Below are positions 21,500 to 35,623 of a stretch of 64,000 nt of DNA, piece after piece; within the stretch, counting starts at the first letter, position 1, and the number at the start of each line of letters is the position of its first letter. The stretch covers positions 16,492,001 through 16,556,000 of the forward strand of contig OZ024743.1 of assembly GCA_964016885.1 (NCBI GenBank), written 5' to 3'. This stretch comes from Eledone cirrhosa (taxonomy: Eukaryota). Under the pieces are notes generated by a model, which ran no database searches, had not been told where the DNA came from, and saw only the letters and a list, made by a program, of their open reading frames with translations. The position numbers and the translations under genes are program-made.

Positions 21500-23933
21500 T
21501 CTATGTTGTGCCTTTGCCAGAGCAAAATCACTGATGATATCATGAAATGATAAACTGCGTAGTTTGTCACTTTCTATGCACATGAGAGTGAGGGAACATA
21601 ATTCATCTTGAGTCATTGTTGTTCTCAATTAATTTTGTATACTCTTCAGATGAGAAAAAGATCTTTCTCCAGAGCAATTTGCAATCATCAAACTAAGAAA
21701 CATTCTCAAAATTGCTTCTACATTAGGGAATGCTGATTGGACATGATCGTTAAATATTACTCGATACAGATCTTGGGGTGTCAGATTATCATGTTCCTCT
21801 GAATCATTGCTTTGACTATGTCTAACATATTGATGAAAATGCTGAAGCTCTCCAACAAGGTTTATGTCCACATCTTCAGGATATGTTTGACATAGAGCAC
21901 TAACTCCTTCCCGAATCTCTGTAGTATTTAATTTTGTTAAGAACGAAAATGCTTTTGCAGCATCATTGTATACTGATTCCCTATGTGCCAGATTTGACTC
22001 TAATGCACCCAACACAGGTATAAATGCTTTGACTCTGAACTTATCTCTTGGCTCAAGGTTCTCTAAAGCATCATCTTCATCATCGATATGCCTTCTTATA
22101 GATCTGCGTTTCTTGTAATCAATGTAAAACAATTTTTCCTTTGCTTGTTGTTCCAAATGATCGAAAAGGTCATTGGTACCTTTAATAAAATCCGAAAGTG
22201 AAGCATACAATCTCCCACATACATCTAAACAAACTTGGGGTCTTGCAATGATTGACTAGTCTTGTGAAATTCATCCAGCAAATAACTCCACAAATATAAC
22301 ATTACCATGAATTCAAACTCCTCAATTTTATTCAAAATATGTATGGCTTGATGCAATGCAGGAATTATTCCATCATAACTATCAAGTATTGCACTTGTGA
22401 CCATTGAATGTGCTTCCCATCAAGCCTTTGACAAAGACTTTGGAACTTTTGAATCATCTTTGAAGAATGACAACAGTATTGCCCATCTATGTGTAGAAGA
22501 TGAAAAGAAATTGTATATTTCTTGAACAATTCCAAAAACGTTTACTGCATCTAAGCAACAGTCAACTGCTGGTCTACCAACACGATTCAAAGAATGACCG
22601 GCTCATAGAATATACATAGCATACTTATTAATCTTCAATATTATTCCTCAATACTCTTGTATTTGCCAGACATATTGGTAGCATTATCATATGACTGGCC
22701 TCGACACTTACTAAAATCTATTTTTCACTCATTTGTAAGGTAGTCGTGCACCATTCTAGCCATACATTCCCCTGTATGGCTACCCATCTCTAGGTCTAGG
22801 AAGGTTAGAAAACGTTTAATAGGGAGTCCATCATCTGGTGAAACATACCTCACAATAACAGTGAGCTGATCGATATGGGACCGGTCTGGAGTGCAATCTA
22901 CAGATAAACTGAAGTACCATGCAGTTCTTAAATCATCAAAGATTGATTCCCTTACTTTATATGCATTAATTTGAATAAATTCATCACATATTGTTTTAGA
23001 AAGATAAGATGTGACACCTGATCCTTTATTCCCAAATTCTTTTATATGGTTTGCTAGATAAGGATCACATTTTGCAATAAGTTCAAGTAATCCAAGGGAA
23101 TTGCCATTTGTGAGGAGAACCAAATATTTCCTTATCTCCTCTGAAAGGTAAACCACGCTCTGCCATATTAACTATGACTGCCATAACACGTTCAAGAACA
23201 TGTTTCCAGTACGGCCGTGTAGTATTTATCTGTTCTGCTAGTTGGCAGTCAATTGTTGAGCCACGTTTTCTTGTAAGATATGTTACCGAAGCTGTTCTAT
23301 GGTCTACAGAGTTTTCATGACTTTGAACTAAATAGGTGTTGCGCCAATCACAAAATCTATCGGATGATAATGCTGTAGAATAATTTGAAAAGAGTTTGCA
23401 CATAAAACAGTATACACGACCAGTTTCTGGTGAATATACTAACCATTCTCTGCAGTATTTTTCACCATTAGCCCGTTTGGGATAGAACAAGCTTTTTGGG
23501 CAATATCTGTCTTGGTTTGCAAAAAGCTTCTTTGACTTTTCAAATGAACCATTTGAGTGCTGACACCCTGACGGACCTTTTTCTACCCAGTATATAATGT
23601 CATATTTGCTTAAATCACCCCATATCCCAACATCATGTTTGTTTTTTGATGTTGAATATTCTGTGCTTGCACTACTCTCTGGTTTGTAAATCTTAATATG
23701 TCTTGCTTAATTCGTTGAAGCTGATTCTATAGAACTAGATGTACCAGGTTATGTATCAGTCATGGAATGAATATCCCATGACGGACTCACTGTGGTAGAG
23801 GATGTGGGTTCATCAGGCCCCTTATCTATCTTTGTTAAGACACTTTCTAATTTTGGTAAGTTGCTAAGCTCTTCTTCAGCTTTCTGCTTCTTCTTCCTCT
23901 TTTGAGCTCCACTTTTATAACTTCTGGTTGACA
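21500..23933 (-). pseudogene. hAT transposase (TTF-type zinc finger, DUF4371-like region, C-terminal dimerization domain), fragmented
   Basis: WLVYSPETGRVYCFMCKLF...HENSVDH; AERGLPFRG; FSLSVDCTPDRSHIDQLTVIVRYV; FPNVEAILRMFLSLMIANCSGERSFSHLK. Ends approximate. Confidence 0.9.
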
Positions 23934-25019
23934 TTTTGTAAACTGTAGGCAAACAATTTAAAATAACTATAAACATATATTTAAAATGTATTGCTGACAT
24001 TATTAAGAATTCATAATTTTTATTAGATATATCTTTAATTTGTGTTAGTTATATATTTAATTATTAATAGTAAAATGCATGAGAAATATGGAATGATGTT
24101 CATTGATCAACTACAATAATTATAAATATAATGCAGGAAAAATGTTTCCCCCATTCTTTACTCCTCCCTGGAACTGTATTAGTAAATAATAATACAGGTA
24201 CAGGTCTACTAAGTATACAGATGAATATTTTTTAAAGTAATATTTAATAGGATCAAAATAAATAAATTATATATTATCTCTATATATATAAAGTTGTAGT
24301 GTCTGTCTGTTTGTTCACAAAGAATAGAACATGAGAAAATGTTATAAAAAGTGCAAAACGTTCAATATTAAAGCAGAAAACTGTTTAAAACTATACCATT
24401 ATTTTAGTTCTTTTTTTATCTTATATTTTGGAAATGTACACACCGTTTTTTTTTTTCGAGGCGCCAAGACAGTGGGGGCCCTAAGCTATAGCTTGTTTAG
24501 CTTATACGTAAATCCCACTATGATTATTTAGAGCGGTGAAAACAATTGCACGCAAAGACAAAACCACGTTTATGGTATAAACGAAGTCGTAGACTAATAT
24601 TACTATTAGGTGGTTCGTGGAGACGTTTCCTGGCAATGAAGGGAAAAACGAAGATAATACGTCATTATGTGGAGGATGAGAACAATTACATGCAAAGACA
24701 AAACCACGTTTATGGTATAACTGAAGTCGTAGAGTAAAATTCTATTTAGGAAACCGAATCATTCTCGGCTTCAGAGTTAAGAATAATGTAAATAAATTAC
24801 AGAGGTTATTGCAATCAATAAATTATTAAATATATACATGCACTCATCCATATATGTACATACAGAGGCATACGCGAAAGCACCCTCCATGGATATGCAA
24901 ATACAGGCACGTACACAAAAACACGCGCACACATACGAAAACCCATGCAACGCCAGTACCCGCACACATACGAATGTATACACAAGATACACATAGAACA
25001 TATATAAAAAAAATATATA

Positions 25020-25055
<36 letters not shown>

Positions 25056-25449
25056 TATACATATAATTATATAAACGTATATAAATATACACACATAAAT
25101 ACGTATATAACGCGCGCACACACACACACCTACATTTAAATAAACATATGTTCGCTAAACGCACAACCAAAACACAATGTATACATGTACACACACCCTA
25201 CATACGTGCAAACCCGCATACACACACAAACACAAAACTCACGTATACACATAACCAAACCCATGTACCAGTATATATAATATATACGCCTATAACAAAT
25301 ACAAGCATATATGCGTACGAGAAAGTTTACGTACCTTCACAATACATACATGTAATATATACTTACCTATACAAATAAGTAATGGTATAAACATAAAACA
25401 TACTTAGATACCACATCAAGACGTAGCTTTACGCGTATAGTTCGTACTA

Positions 25450-27530
25450 TCCGTTAGGGTATAATGTCAGGCTGTAATACAGGAAAGTGTTGTGCAATTT
25501 ATGTTTACAAGCTGAAATTACCTCTGATTTTTTGTTTAAGATATTATTATTGGCGTATAGTATTTCCAAGTCTTCGGTGGCACAGAGGTCACATGGTCTT
25601 TTATTTCCGTTATACGGGATCTCCAGATATAAGTTGGAAGTGACGTTATATTCCTTCTTAAAGGATTAAGAAAAGAATGGGTAGGCAGGTAAAGACGCTG
25701 CTTGAATCTATTGGCGGTTAACCCTATGTAGGCCCTACGGATCGTGGGTGTTTCAATCTTACATCTGTAGACAATGTTACTAGAGAGGCATCTCCCGGAC
25801 AGGGGGCAGTCAACCAGATTCCTACAATTACAGTTAGTACTAGCTACAGGGTTGCACGTGTTCCTACGGATAGGTAATTTAGCTAAATTTTAAGCAGTGA
25901 TGTTATGTGCACTGTTAGGAGACGTAGTGTAAGGAAGTTTAATGTTATTTCTATTAAAAATGTTATTATATTTATGTGCAGGGGGAAATGCTTCATAATA
26001 AGAGAGAGAAAGATCTTAGCTAATGGTGTGGCCACCTCCATATTATATGGTGGATTATACCATATAATGCGTCGGGAACTATTTTTCCTGGGTCTATGCT
26101 CATACTCGGTATATGCTACCTTATCGCCAAAACTACTCCGCGCAAGAGCTTCATTGTAATATGCGGAATGGTCGGTGAAAATATAATCGTTAGTAGATAG
26201 ACGGGAAAGCATCAAAGAAAGATTTCTTACCAGTTTCTTGGTTATGCTGGCAGGATGGTTAGAATGCTTACTTATGTAATTAAACGTATCATTCAGCTTT
26301 CTATACGGATAGTGCAAGCCTTTCAACAAATTGAGAGTAACGTCGAGGTAATTAACGACCGGGACGTTGGCCTCAACCTGTATGGATAGGTTGAAGCCTT
26401 TTAAAGAATGCTGTGAGTTCTTTTCTGAACCTGACGCAATATCGTGGGCCGCACTTTGTAATGGTCAAAATACCTTCATCACGGTACAAACCACCGGCCA
26501 CGTTGAGGAATTCTTCAGTGATAGAGAAAAGAAGGAAAAGGCCGATAAGATCAGTAACCGCCGTAGAGTCGCTGGCGCCCATAGTCACGTCAAATGGGAT
26601 ACTATTATATTTTTTAATCCTAATAGAGTCGTCGAATTTAATCACCGATTTACGGGCATTGAGGATGACATCAACTTCGAAATCCTTAACAACCGTGAGC
26701 GTTTTAGCGAAATTGATAGCTCTAAGAAGAAGTGGTAAGATGATTGAGGAGTAGTAATTATTGATGTCGAATTGGATAAAACGGCAATGTTTCTTGTTGC
26801 ATATGCCGCTGAACCAATCAATCACCGCGAAAGAATTGTTTCACAGTGCAAGAGGGGCCAAGCTTCTTATTTTGGGTATAATTATATCTAAAATCTTTTT
26901 ACTAAGTCTACCTAAATCGGACTTAGTAGTGTTAATAAGCCGAATAGAAGGGACGTTCGCGAAATTGGATTTGTGATCCTTCATGGTAAAGTGGGGAGAA
27001 ATAGGGTCCAGAGCTTCAGTTCGGTCCATGATGTTGAGATCAGAGGTGATTTAAAGCCAGCATCGTTGATGTCATTAATGACACTCCGATTAGTTTAACG
27101 GTAATCCTTAGTTACAGCATTATGTATTGATGGTAAGTACTGCGCTCCACTTGATATAGATTGCCAATTTTGTCGGAAAAGACGTGCACGGCTTTAGAAT
27201 CCTTAATATAACGAATTCTATTCTTCAGCTCCTGCTGGAAGGAATTGCTCCTCTTCCGAAATGTGATACTCCGTATGAGTTCCAAGACATTATTTTCGAA
27301 GGTTAGAAATGCTGGGTTACTCGGTGGGTTATTGTAGGTTTTAAACCCAAATTTATCCTGTTTGTTGTCTGCTTTTCCTTGATGATAGCCAACGCAAACT
27401 TTTCCCTGATTATCGCCAACGCAACCTTTTAATGAACGAGTCACTTTTTTGTATCAGGAGTTATAGGTATTACTTCCTGCTTGATACGGGTATGTTCTTT
27501 CAGAAATATTTAGATGTTGTTTCTGCATGA
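25450..27530 (-). pseudogene. PLE1 reverse transcriptase + GIY-YIG endonuclease, fragmented
   Basis: FSDKIGNLY, RLINTTKSDLGRLSK, FIQFDINNYYSSI, FDVTMGASDS, GGLYRDEG, YISKHSNHP, IIWYNPPY; CNC..CP..IVYRCKI..AYIG read by eye near 25700-25830. Ends approximate. Confidence 0.88.
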
Positions 27531-28220
27531 TGAATATGAGTCAATAGAGTGCTCAACCGAGGGAGCCAAATAATAATAATAATAAATTGGTAGACTAAAA
27601 TCAAAAGAGGGCTCGATAAGGATAAATATATATCAAATATATAAGAACCGTAGAGCAAATATTTATTAAAATAACAGATTAAATTTTAAGCAAAGAATCG
27701 CTGCTTTCTCCATTAACGGGATCTTCTGAAACTAAAAAAATCAATCTGTGAACGCAGAAGTAAATATTCCGAAAAACGTTGCAATCGAAGGAAGACACGA
27801 ATACGATACGTTGGTTCGTGTAGACGTTCCGTGGCAAAGAACGGAAATAAACGAAGATAATACGTCATTATTTGGAGTGGTGAGAACAATTACACGCAAA
27901 GACAAAACCACGTTTATGGTGCCAGAGATAATCTCCACGAACTAAAGTATCGTCTTCCTGTCTACCTTCGGTTGCAACCTTTTTCAAAATATTTACTTCT
28001 GCGTTGACAGATTGATTTTTTTTTATTTTCAGAAGATCTCGTTAAGAGTGAAAGCAGCGATTCTTTTCTTAAAATGTAATCTGTTATTTTAATAAATATT
28101 TGCTCTACGGTTCTTATATATTTGATATATATTTATCCTTATCGAGCCCTCTTTGGATTTTAGTCTTCAAATTTATTATTATTACTATATATATATACAT
28201 ATATATATATATATTCTATT

Positions 28221-28397
28221 CTAAGGCGGGTAAAATTCCCGAGATCCATGGACGAGTTCTCTCCAGCGGTCTCTGTCCCTCATTATCGCTGCCATGTCCT
28301 CCGTATCCAACAGACCAGTGTCTGTCCTTAGGGCTTCAACATACGTTAACCTTGGTCTTCCTCTTCTAGTGTGTCCATGTAGGGTCTCCCAGAGTTG

Positions 28398-28400
<3 letters not shown>
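28221..28400 (-). mobile_element. 3' fragment of an RTE-like LINE
   Basis: Peptide [22 protein letters not shown]...[11 protein letters not shown] has the RGRP...DR..WR C-terminal motif typical of RTE-clade ORFs; flanked by (TA)n. Confidence 0.7.
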
Positions 28401-28573
<173 letters not shown>

Positions 28574-29319
28574 ATCCAGTTGTGAACCAACAACCAAACT
28601 TAATCAAATATATATATATATACATCAAGAGAGAGAGAGAGATAGGGAGGAGACGGAGAGAGATGGGAAGAGAGAGAGGGGGGAGAGAGGGGGAGAGAGA
28701 TGTTGTTATTCAAATTATAAATGGAAGCAAATATAAATGAGATGGAGCAAATAAGTGCGGGGAAAATTAAGTAAAAGGTGTGTTGATTGTTACACATATT
28801 GGTAATTAAGACGATTCATTGCCTTAGACGTGACGATGGCTAAATCATGTTGATTTGGGGAGGTATACTCTGAGCTAGTTATACACAGTTTTCTGACCAT
28901 AGTGGACAAACCTACTATTTTATACGAGAAGTAAAAACGCCTCTTCCGACATAGGATTTCTTACCATCTTCCTCCAAATACAAATATGATCAGTTCTTTT
29001 ACACTCAACAACGATGAACCAGCATTTTCAGAAGGTCTTTAAGCCATTAGTGAGGTGAACGTGATGAAATCATTAACGAATGATTCAGCAGTTTTCATAA
29101 CATCAGAGAAAGATAGTAGTAAGTGTGCCTACACAGTAAAACAACAACAATCACATCAAAAACAAAAATAACAGCAATAACAACAAAAGCAACAACCAAA
29201 AAATATTTACTAACTTAGTCTCCTACATCAACGCCGTCTTCACCAACAACACCATTGCTACCATTGCCAAAAAAGCAAACAAATATGCTGCAAAGGCAGC
29301 AACAGGCAGCAAGATGGGT

Positions 29320-29830
29320 TAAGCTGTCTTCAGAGACCCGGAGCGTCTCATATAGGGAAACGGCAATAGAGTCCAAATAGCTGTGTCAGAAGGTGACTTG
29401 TGGTTAGAGTGAATGGTTCCCTCTCGGAACTGTTCAACATCATGCACTCGGTTCGGCAAGATTATCCCCACTCGTTCCTGTTGCATGCAATAACTCTCAA
29501 GCCCTTACTACACAAATTGGAGACGTTGAGGGGGCATTCAGGGAAATGTAGGGACCAGGGTGATCCATGTTAACATATGTCGACGATATCACAGTCAGTG
29601 TGTTGAGGAGCAAACATATCAATGTGATCGGCACTGTCCGAGTAAATACGAAGAGTTGACAGGAGCGAACATTAACTAGGAAACGGCATTGGGCTTGCAG
29701 CCCGACACATGAAGAAGCAGACGCATGTCGTCCAACAGCCTCGTCTGATGCTAAATAGGCAGACAGAGCGGCAAATTGCTCGGAGTCTGGTTCGGTCCAG
29801 ACCTCCAGATGGAGAAGAACTGGTAATATC
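29320..29830 (+). pseudogene. old Tx1-family RT fragment
   Basis: DNA similarity to A ORF2 (GTTAGAGTGAATGG..TCGGAACTGTTCAACATCATGCACTCGGTTCGGCAAG; TATGTCGACGAT = YVDD; GGAGTCTGGTTCGGTCCAGACCTCCAG); preceded by an AAC/ACC-rich ORF1-like tract. Confidence 0.85.
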
Positions 29831-30686
29831 TGACAAACACTGTAGCCACTCTCCAAATAAGTGTGCGCCTCGAATACCTCATCCCTATTTAGGAATTCTC
29901 ATTCTTCAAATTTTTGTTGATATCCTTCATTTATTATGGTTTAACCGGTTTACAGGAAACGCCCACGCAGTGACACACACAAACACAAGCAAACATATAC
30001 ATTCTATGTGTGTGTGCTCTATCGTTGTAAGCTTTTCTATATGTCAAACCTTTGAGGAGAAAATAAAAATCACGATTAATATTGTCATTCGTAATTCCTT
30101 TTGCTTTGTGAAAAGAACGAGCCATAGCCAAGGTCATTTGGGTCATTTTTACTCATTCCACTTTCTCGCACCCAGCTTCGAAACCTTGCTGTTCAAAGCA
30201 AGGCTATTTTCTGCAACAATCCTGTCCTGGGGGTTATTTCTTGCTTTTCAAGCCATGCATCAAAACTTTACTAAATATTACCAATGCTACAACCAAAATC
30301 GTTATCAATTCTACGTGTTTGATTATCCATAATTGTTTGATTTCCATTTTCAGTTCCTGCTATTTCTCATCTTTCTCATTTTCATTTTTTATTCACATTT
30401 TGGTCCAACGGTGAAACACTATCCACAATAATTGCCTAGTTATTCTACGACAACAATGTCATGTTTTCTAGTCTCAATAATGTTGTCGCATTTGAGGGTA
30501 TGTCTGACAAGATCCTATATTGTTATTTTTCATCTACGCTTTCTGGTTGTGGCTAATATCATTTCTCACTTATGCTAATGCTATACTAATGACAGAGTAT
30601 CCAATGAACCAGCCTAGCAATGTTGTCCTACCTTCTCTTGCAGTCATTATGTGCAAAAATCTTACAATCAGTAATAATAGTGTATA

Positions 30687-31121
30687 ATAGCAGTGTTACC
30701 CGGCGTTGCACGGGATAAGGTATTTTGGAACGCAGGCCGCCAATAGACCTAAGAACTGCGTGCCTGGACAATATGTAAAGAAAATAAACCGAATACTCTG
30801 ATAGCTGGATAATCTTTAGGATTTTCCTTGATGAAGCAGGGAAAATGCAGGTTTTCACCTAATGCAGGCCCTAGGGGATAAAGAAAATGAATTTTTTTTA
30901 TGTGCATAATATGCCTTGAAATTTCGGGAAAATCGGCTAGACGTAACGCCTAAAAAAAAAACCCTAAAAATGTTAAACAATGCAGTTTTCCAACTAATGT
31001 GGGCCCTAGGACATAACATGTTGAATTTTGTATGTGCCTAACACTCTCTGAAACATAAGTAATACACATGTAAAGATTGAAAAAAATCGGTTGGGTACTT
31101 CTCGAGTTTTAGGGATTCAAA

Positions 31122-31204
<83 letters not shown>

Positions 31205-31492
31205 ACACACATACATCCTCAAGGAAGTGACCTATGCAGACAGTCATACATACAGACAGATATTATAAGGGCGCGACGATATAAGTATGTATCTATCTAA
31301 AAAGAGAACCACTAAGAAATATAGAGCGAGAATGCTAAACCGCGTAATGTGGTGCCTGGGGCATAGAACACTCCCTGAAACACAAGGATTACATGTGCAA
31401 AGTTTGAAAACAGTCGGTTGGGTGGTTCTCTAGTTTTAGGGATTCGAACTCATGCCCACACAGACAGACATCCTCAGTGTTATATATATAGA
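30687..31492 (-). mobile_element. non-autonomous Helitron with internal (CA)n and an internal duplication
   Basis: On the - strand starts TCTATATATATAACAC after A and ends with hairpin CCCGTGCAACGCCGGG then CTAT (degenerate CTAG); termini resemble the element at 55040-56589. Confidence 0.75.
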
Positions 31493-32012
31493 TTATTTTA
31501 CGTTTCCTACTACACAACCGCAAAAGTGTAAAATTTGTTGACTTGTCAATATTGAAATTCCACTTTTATTTCTCAGTTTGCTCATTATTTCGTAGTACTA
31601 TTTTATATTTTATGATATCACAATACATGGCTTATTATTCCAGGTTTTATTACTAGATATCGTACTGCCAATGTTCACTATTCATGTTCCGTTGTTTCCT
31701 TCATTCCTATATTGATGCTACGGTACTATTGTCCCATGTAAGGCTTTTACAACTGCATGAACCTCTGGCAGAGTCTAATGTATATTCTAGTGTATCCAAA
31801 ATGAGTATTTTCGAACATCGCGATTATGTGTGCATGAAAGAGATAGAGTGTGTGTGCGTGTGTATGTATATGTGAGTGTATATATACTACACAAATTGAT
31901 AATGTGAGAGTCAGTGAAGTGGTAATGTGTGCATGATGTAAAAACAAAGGAAAATATCAGCGTAAACATTACCCATTTGAATATCTTTTTTCTCGTCATC
32001 ATATAATTGTAT

Positions 32013-32240
<228 letters not shown>

Positions 32241-33504
32241 TCGTACATAAAAACACGTCTACACGTAAAGTGATGGGCGAAGCTGAGAAATAATATATTC
32301 TTCGTCACGTCACTCTCTGACACAAATTAAAATGAAACATTGGTAAGGTGCCTATAGCGAAATCGATTATTACATAGTTTTACTGGATATTCATGACCAT
32401 TACTGCAAGCACACCTATATGGATTGAGTAACAAAATGTGATTTATTTTGTATGAATATATATTTTCTTTGTGTACTATACATTACTCGTATATATCTAA
32501 ACTGCAATGAAGTATGGAGCGCGGGACTGCGTACGGTTTATAATTGTTTATCCCATTAGTAAAACAAGTTGGATTACTTTGAAACATAATGAATGAATAT
32601 TACATAATTTATCTACTAAATTTCGTGGATGTTGATTAAATATATTTTGTTTATTTAAAGATTCACTTCTTAAAAAATTCTGAAATGTCAACTTCCCGTT
32701 GGCCATCGCTTAAATATACATACTAATTTTATGTCACTAATTTTCTTCTAATGCAGTTTATATATAATATCGTATTTTTTTAATGTATCATGGATTACGT
32801 TAGTGATTACATAAGACCGTAACGCAGTCTTCGTTGAATTTCTATGTATTATATATTGTCAATTACTATTTTATTTGATGCATCATATCTACATGTATAC
32901 ATACGTGCGTATAATATCAATATACACACTACATATGCTAGCAGAACACCACCAGAGGGTGGTTTTTCTGCTAGTATATATAAAACATTTTGTGCATCAT
33001 CAAATGAATATTTTCCACGTATATATATATATATGTGTGTGTGTGTGCATGTGTGTGTGTATGTATGTGTGTGTGTGTGCGTGCGTGTGTGTGTGGGTGT
33101 ATGTGTCTGTGTGTTTGTATGATCGTGTATGTATGTGGATTTAATGTGTGAGGGGTTGCTTGTAATTAACAACCTGCATTTTTATGTTTGGGTCAACGGT
33201 GACTAAAGTGGGACGCTCATCAGCCTGTCGTTTTAGGATACTCGATAGAAACCCATCAGAGCAAAATCAAAATTAATGTATGAACGAAATAACACATTAC
33301 ATTGTCAAAGATTATCTACAATAGATTCTATTGCAAAGACTTATAATCCTGTTACTGAAGGTCTGCTCAGGACCTCCGTCATCTATTCCGAAGTGGGAAA
33401 TCTCTAAATTCAATTAAATTCAATAAAATAGTCTAATATGGAAACAGAATAATTGGTATGACCCAGCTGTAATATTTCTTCATGCACCTGTAAATACCTA
33501 TTAA

Positions 33505-33696
33505 AATGAGATTGCAGTATCGGTGGAGGGTCGGACGCCATGCGTTGCAGCAAAGAGTTACGTCCCTTTATGGTCTGAGTTCACATCCAGCTGAGGTTAA
33601 CTTTGCCTTTCATTCTTACGGGGTCGATAAGATAACGTACCAGTAATACACTGGGGTAATTGCTGGCCTTGTGCTAAAAGTAGAAACATTTATTTA
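33505..33696 (+). mobile_element. tRNA-derived SINE, near full length
   Basis: A-box-like TTGCAGTATCGG, B-box-like GAGTTCACATCC, body TTTGCCTTTCAT..GGGGTCGATAA..GTACCAG, end GGCCTTGTGCTAAAAGTAGAAAC; homologous to 53607-53775. Confidence 0.85.
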
Positions 33697-35623
33697 CAGG
33701 ACGATTTGAATTGTTTCATGAACACACCTTCACTTATAGGTTCCTTCTGGTAATGAGTCATTTTCCATCGAGTTCGTTTCTTCTAACTTGTGAGTGAGTT
33801 ATTATGAAATTCGTCTCCAACCATATATATACATCCATATGCACATACATAAATGCATAAATACTTTACCCCAATTACAGATTCATTGAAAATGATCATA
33901 GACACTCCCCTACTTTCTCTTGAAAAATATAAATAAACTGTTGACATCGGATTATGTACTGGAAGGCAACGTTTGATATAATCTGACAAAACTATTATTA
34001 CATACATATTAAATGTAAAGAGTTACATTTTCCTCAACTTGTTTTTATAGGATTTCAACTAAATCTCGTAATATAGATGAGGTGTAGAGTACGATAATTA
34101 AAATGATTCATGGATGTGATAAATATCATTAGCAGAATGTATTAACAGGATCGTAATCTCCTCCTAGTTTTTTCAATATATCATATTGGTGGCTATATAC
34201 AAAACCCTTAGTCATAAGAAAGGTTTTATTAGCAAATGTCTTAATCTCACTTTGACCTTCCACAAATAAATCTTGCACATATAGATATAACCTTGTACAT
34301 ATTTAAAATTGTACATTTGCTTTATAAGTGTTTCTAATTTAGGCATGAAGCCATTAGATTTGAGGGATGGGAAAGTAACTAAATGATATTTGATTTTACT
34401 GACATCGGAATGATGAAAGGCAAATTGAACCCATAATTCAATAAGCTGGAGCAAATGCTGATAAACATGATTTCGACGCCCTAACGACTCTTCAAATGAT
34501 CACCCGAGAGTGACATTATAATTATGTCGAATAAAGTAGTATTTAGTTATGAATATTTAGTGAAATTAAATCGTATTAAAATCTAACATTTTAGCTCATC
34601 CTTCATATTCAAATATGTGCAAATCTTAAACATTTGTTTCCTTTTTAAATGAAAGTTTACACAAAGCTAGGGCATCATACATTTTCACGTATTGATTGAT
34701 TAGACATATGAGATCTATAAGAAAACTTGATTTCCAATTCTACTGCAAAGAACATTATTCTCCCTGTACAGCGTTCGACACTTGTTGATTTCACACAATA
34801 AACAACAAATGAACTGACCATAAAAATCGACTACTTAATTCCGTTTATTTATGAGTTCATTTTAAAGTATGCATTAGTAAAAATAACACATAACATGTAA
34901 TAAATAATGTTGCCAGGAAACCTTCATAAATCGCAACTATAAGGAACATGCAAAGAAATCAAAAAGAGAAACAAAATGAAAGAATCGCAGTCATAAAATA
35001 TTAGATAATAAAAAAGTAATTGACAGAACTGAAAAGACTGCTATCGAAATAAAATGTCCAAACAAAATTATTAATTCAATAGCACATTTTGTCAACAATA
35101 AAATCAATAGTTTTACAACATGGGAGGGCTGAGACCTCCATAGTTTCTCGATATTTTTACGAAACGTCAAACAATCTAATCACGTGAAATCGACCATAAT
35201 GAAAATATAAAATACCTCATAGACAAATAGTCTGATATCTTCTGCACAAACAAATATGTCCACCAAGTCTGAGAATCTATGGGAATTCAATGCCTCGGCC
35301 CGAAAATATTAATCAATAATAATAATAATAATAATAACAATAACGATTTCATTTATTAGCCACAAGGGCCGACATGTAGGGGACAGTACAAAGACAGGGA
35401 CAGTGGGGGTTTACAATAAGGTCAAGTAAAATTGCACAATGTCAAGACTAATTTAACAAAGAAAATATAAAAATATAAAATAAACTATGTATAAATATAA
35501 CAAAATAAATTCCCCGATAGGGGGTAGAAGACCCTGGGGTGACTCGGGTACCCCACCAATCCTGAACCACCCTGCGCTTCTAGGGCACCGAGAGAGAGCA
35601 CCCCTCTCCTCAAGTTAGCTAGC

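Larger units (their letters stand above)
20991..24522 (-). mobile_element. hAT-superfamily DNA transposon, decayed
   Basis: Imperfect TIRs CAGGGCCGGATTTA / CATAGTGGGATTTA (reverse complement); 8-bp TSD ATTATTTG (20983-20990) / ATTATTTA (24523-24530); empty-site paralog TCATTATTTGGAGTGG at about 27864-27879; subterminal G(G/T)CCCTAAGCTA-like motifs near both ends. Confidence 0.9.
20781..28185 (-). mobile_element. Penelope-like element PLE1 (decayed): direct pseudo-LTRs plus an inverted 5' pseudo-LTR, interrupted by a hAT transposon
   Basis: 20781-20990 plus 24523-24570 is a diverged direct repeat of 27665-27920; 27932-28185 is the reverse complement of about 27570-27828; RT and GIY-YIG fragments lie between. 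Confidence 0.85.

Noticed and set aside
24777-25378. ORFs rich in YI/CV/HT dipeptides (also 28346-28628, 31038-33172, 56635-57058)
   Set aside because: Translations of (TA)n and (CA)n microsatellites.
29709-30332. 207-aa ORF
   Set aside because: Starts out of frame in a decayed RT fragment and runs into unrelated sequence; no domain motifs.
34455-34500. Minus-strand TTGAAGA..CGAAATCATG hammerhead-like string and nearby short ORFs
   Set aside because: Mismatched stems and no recognisable protein motifs; at most a very old PLE remnant.
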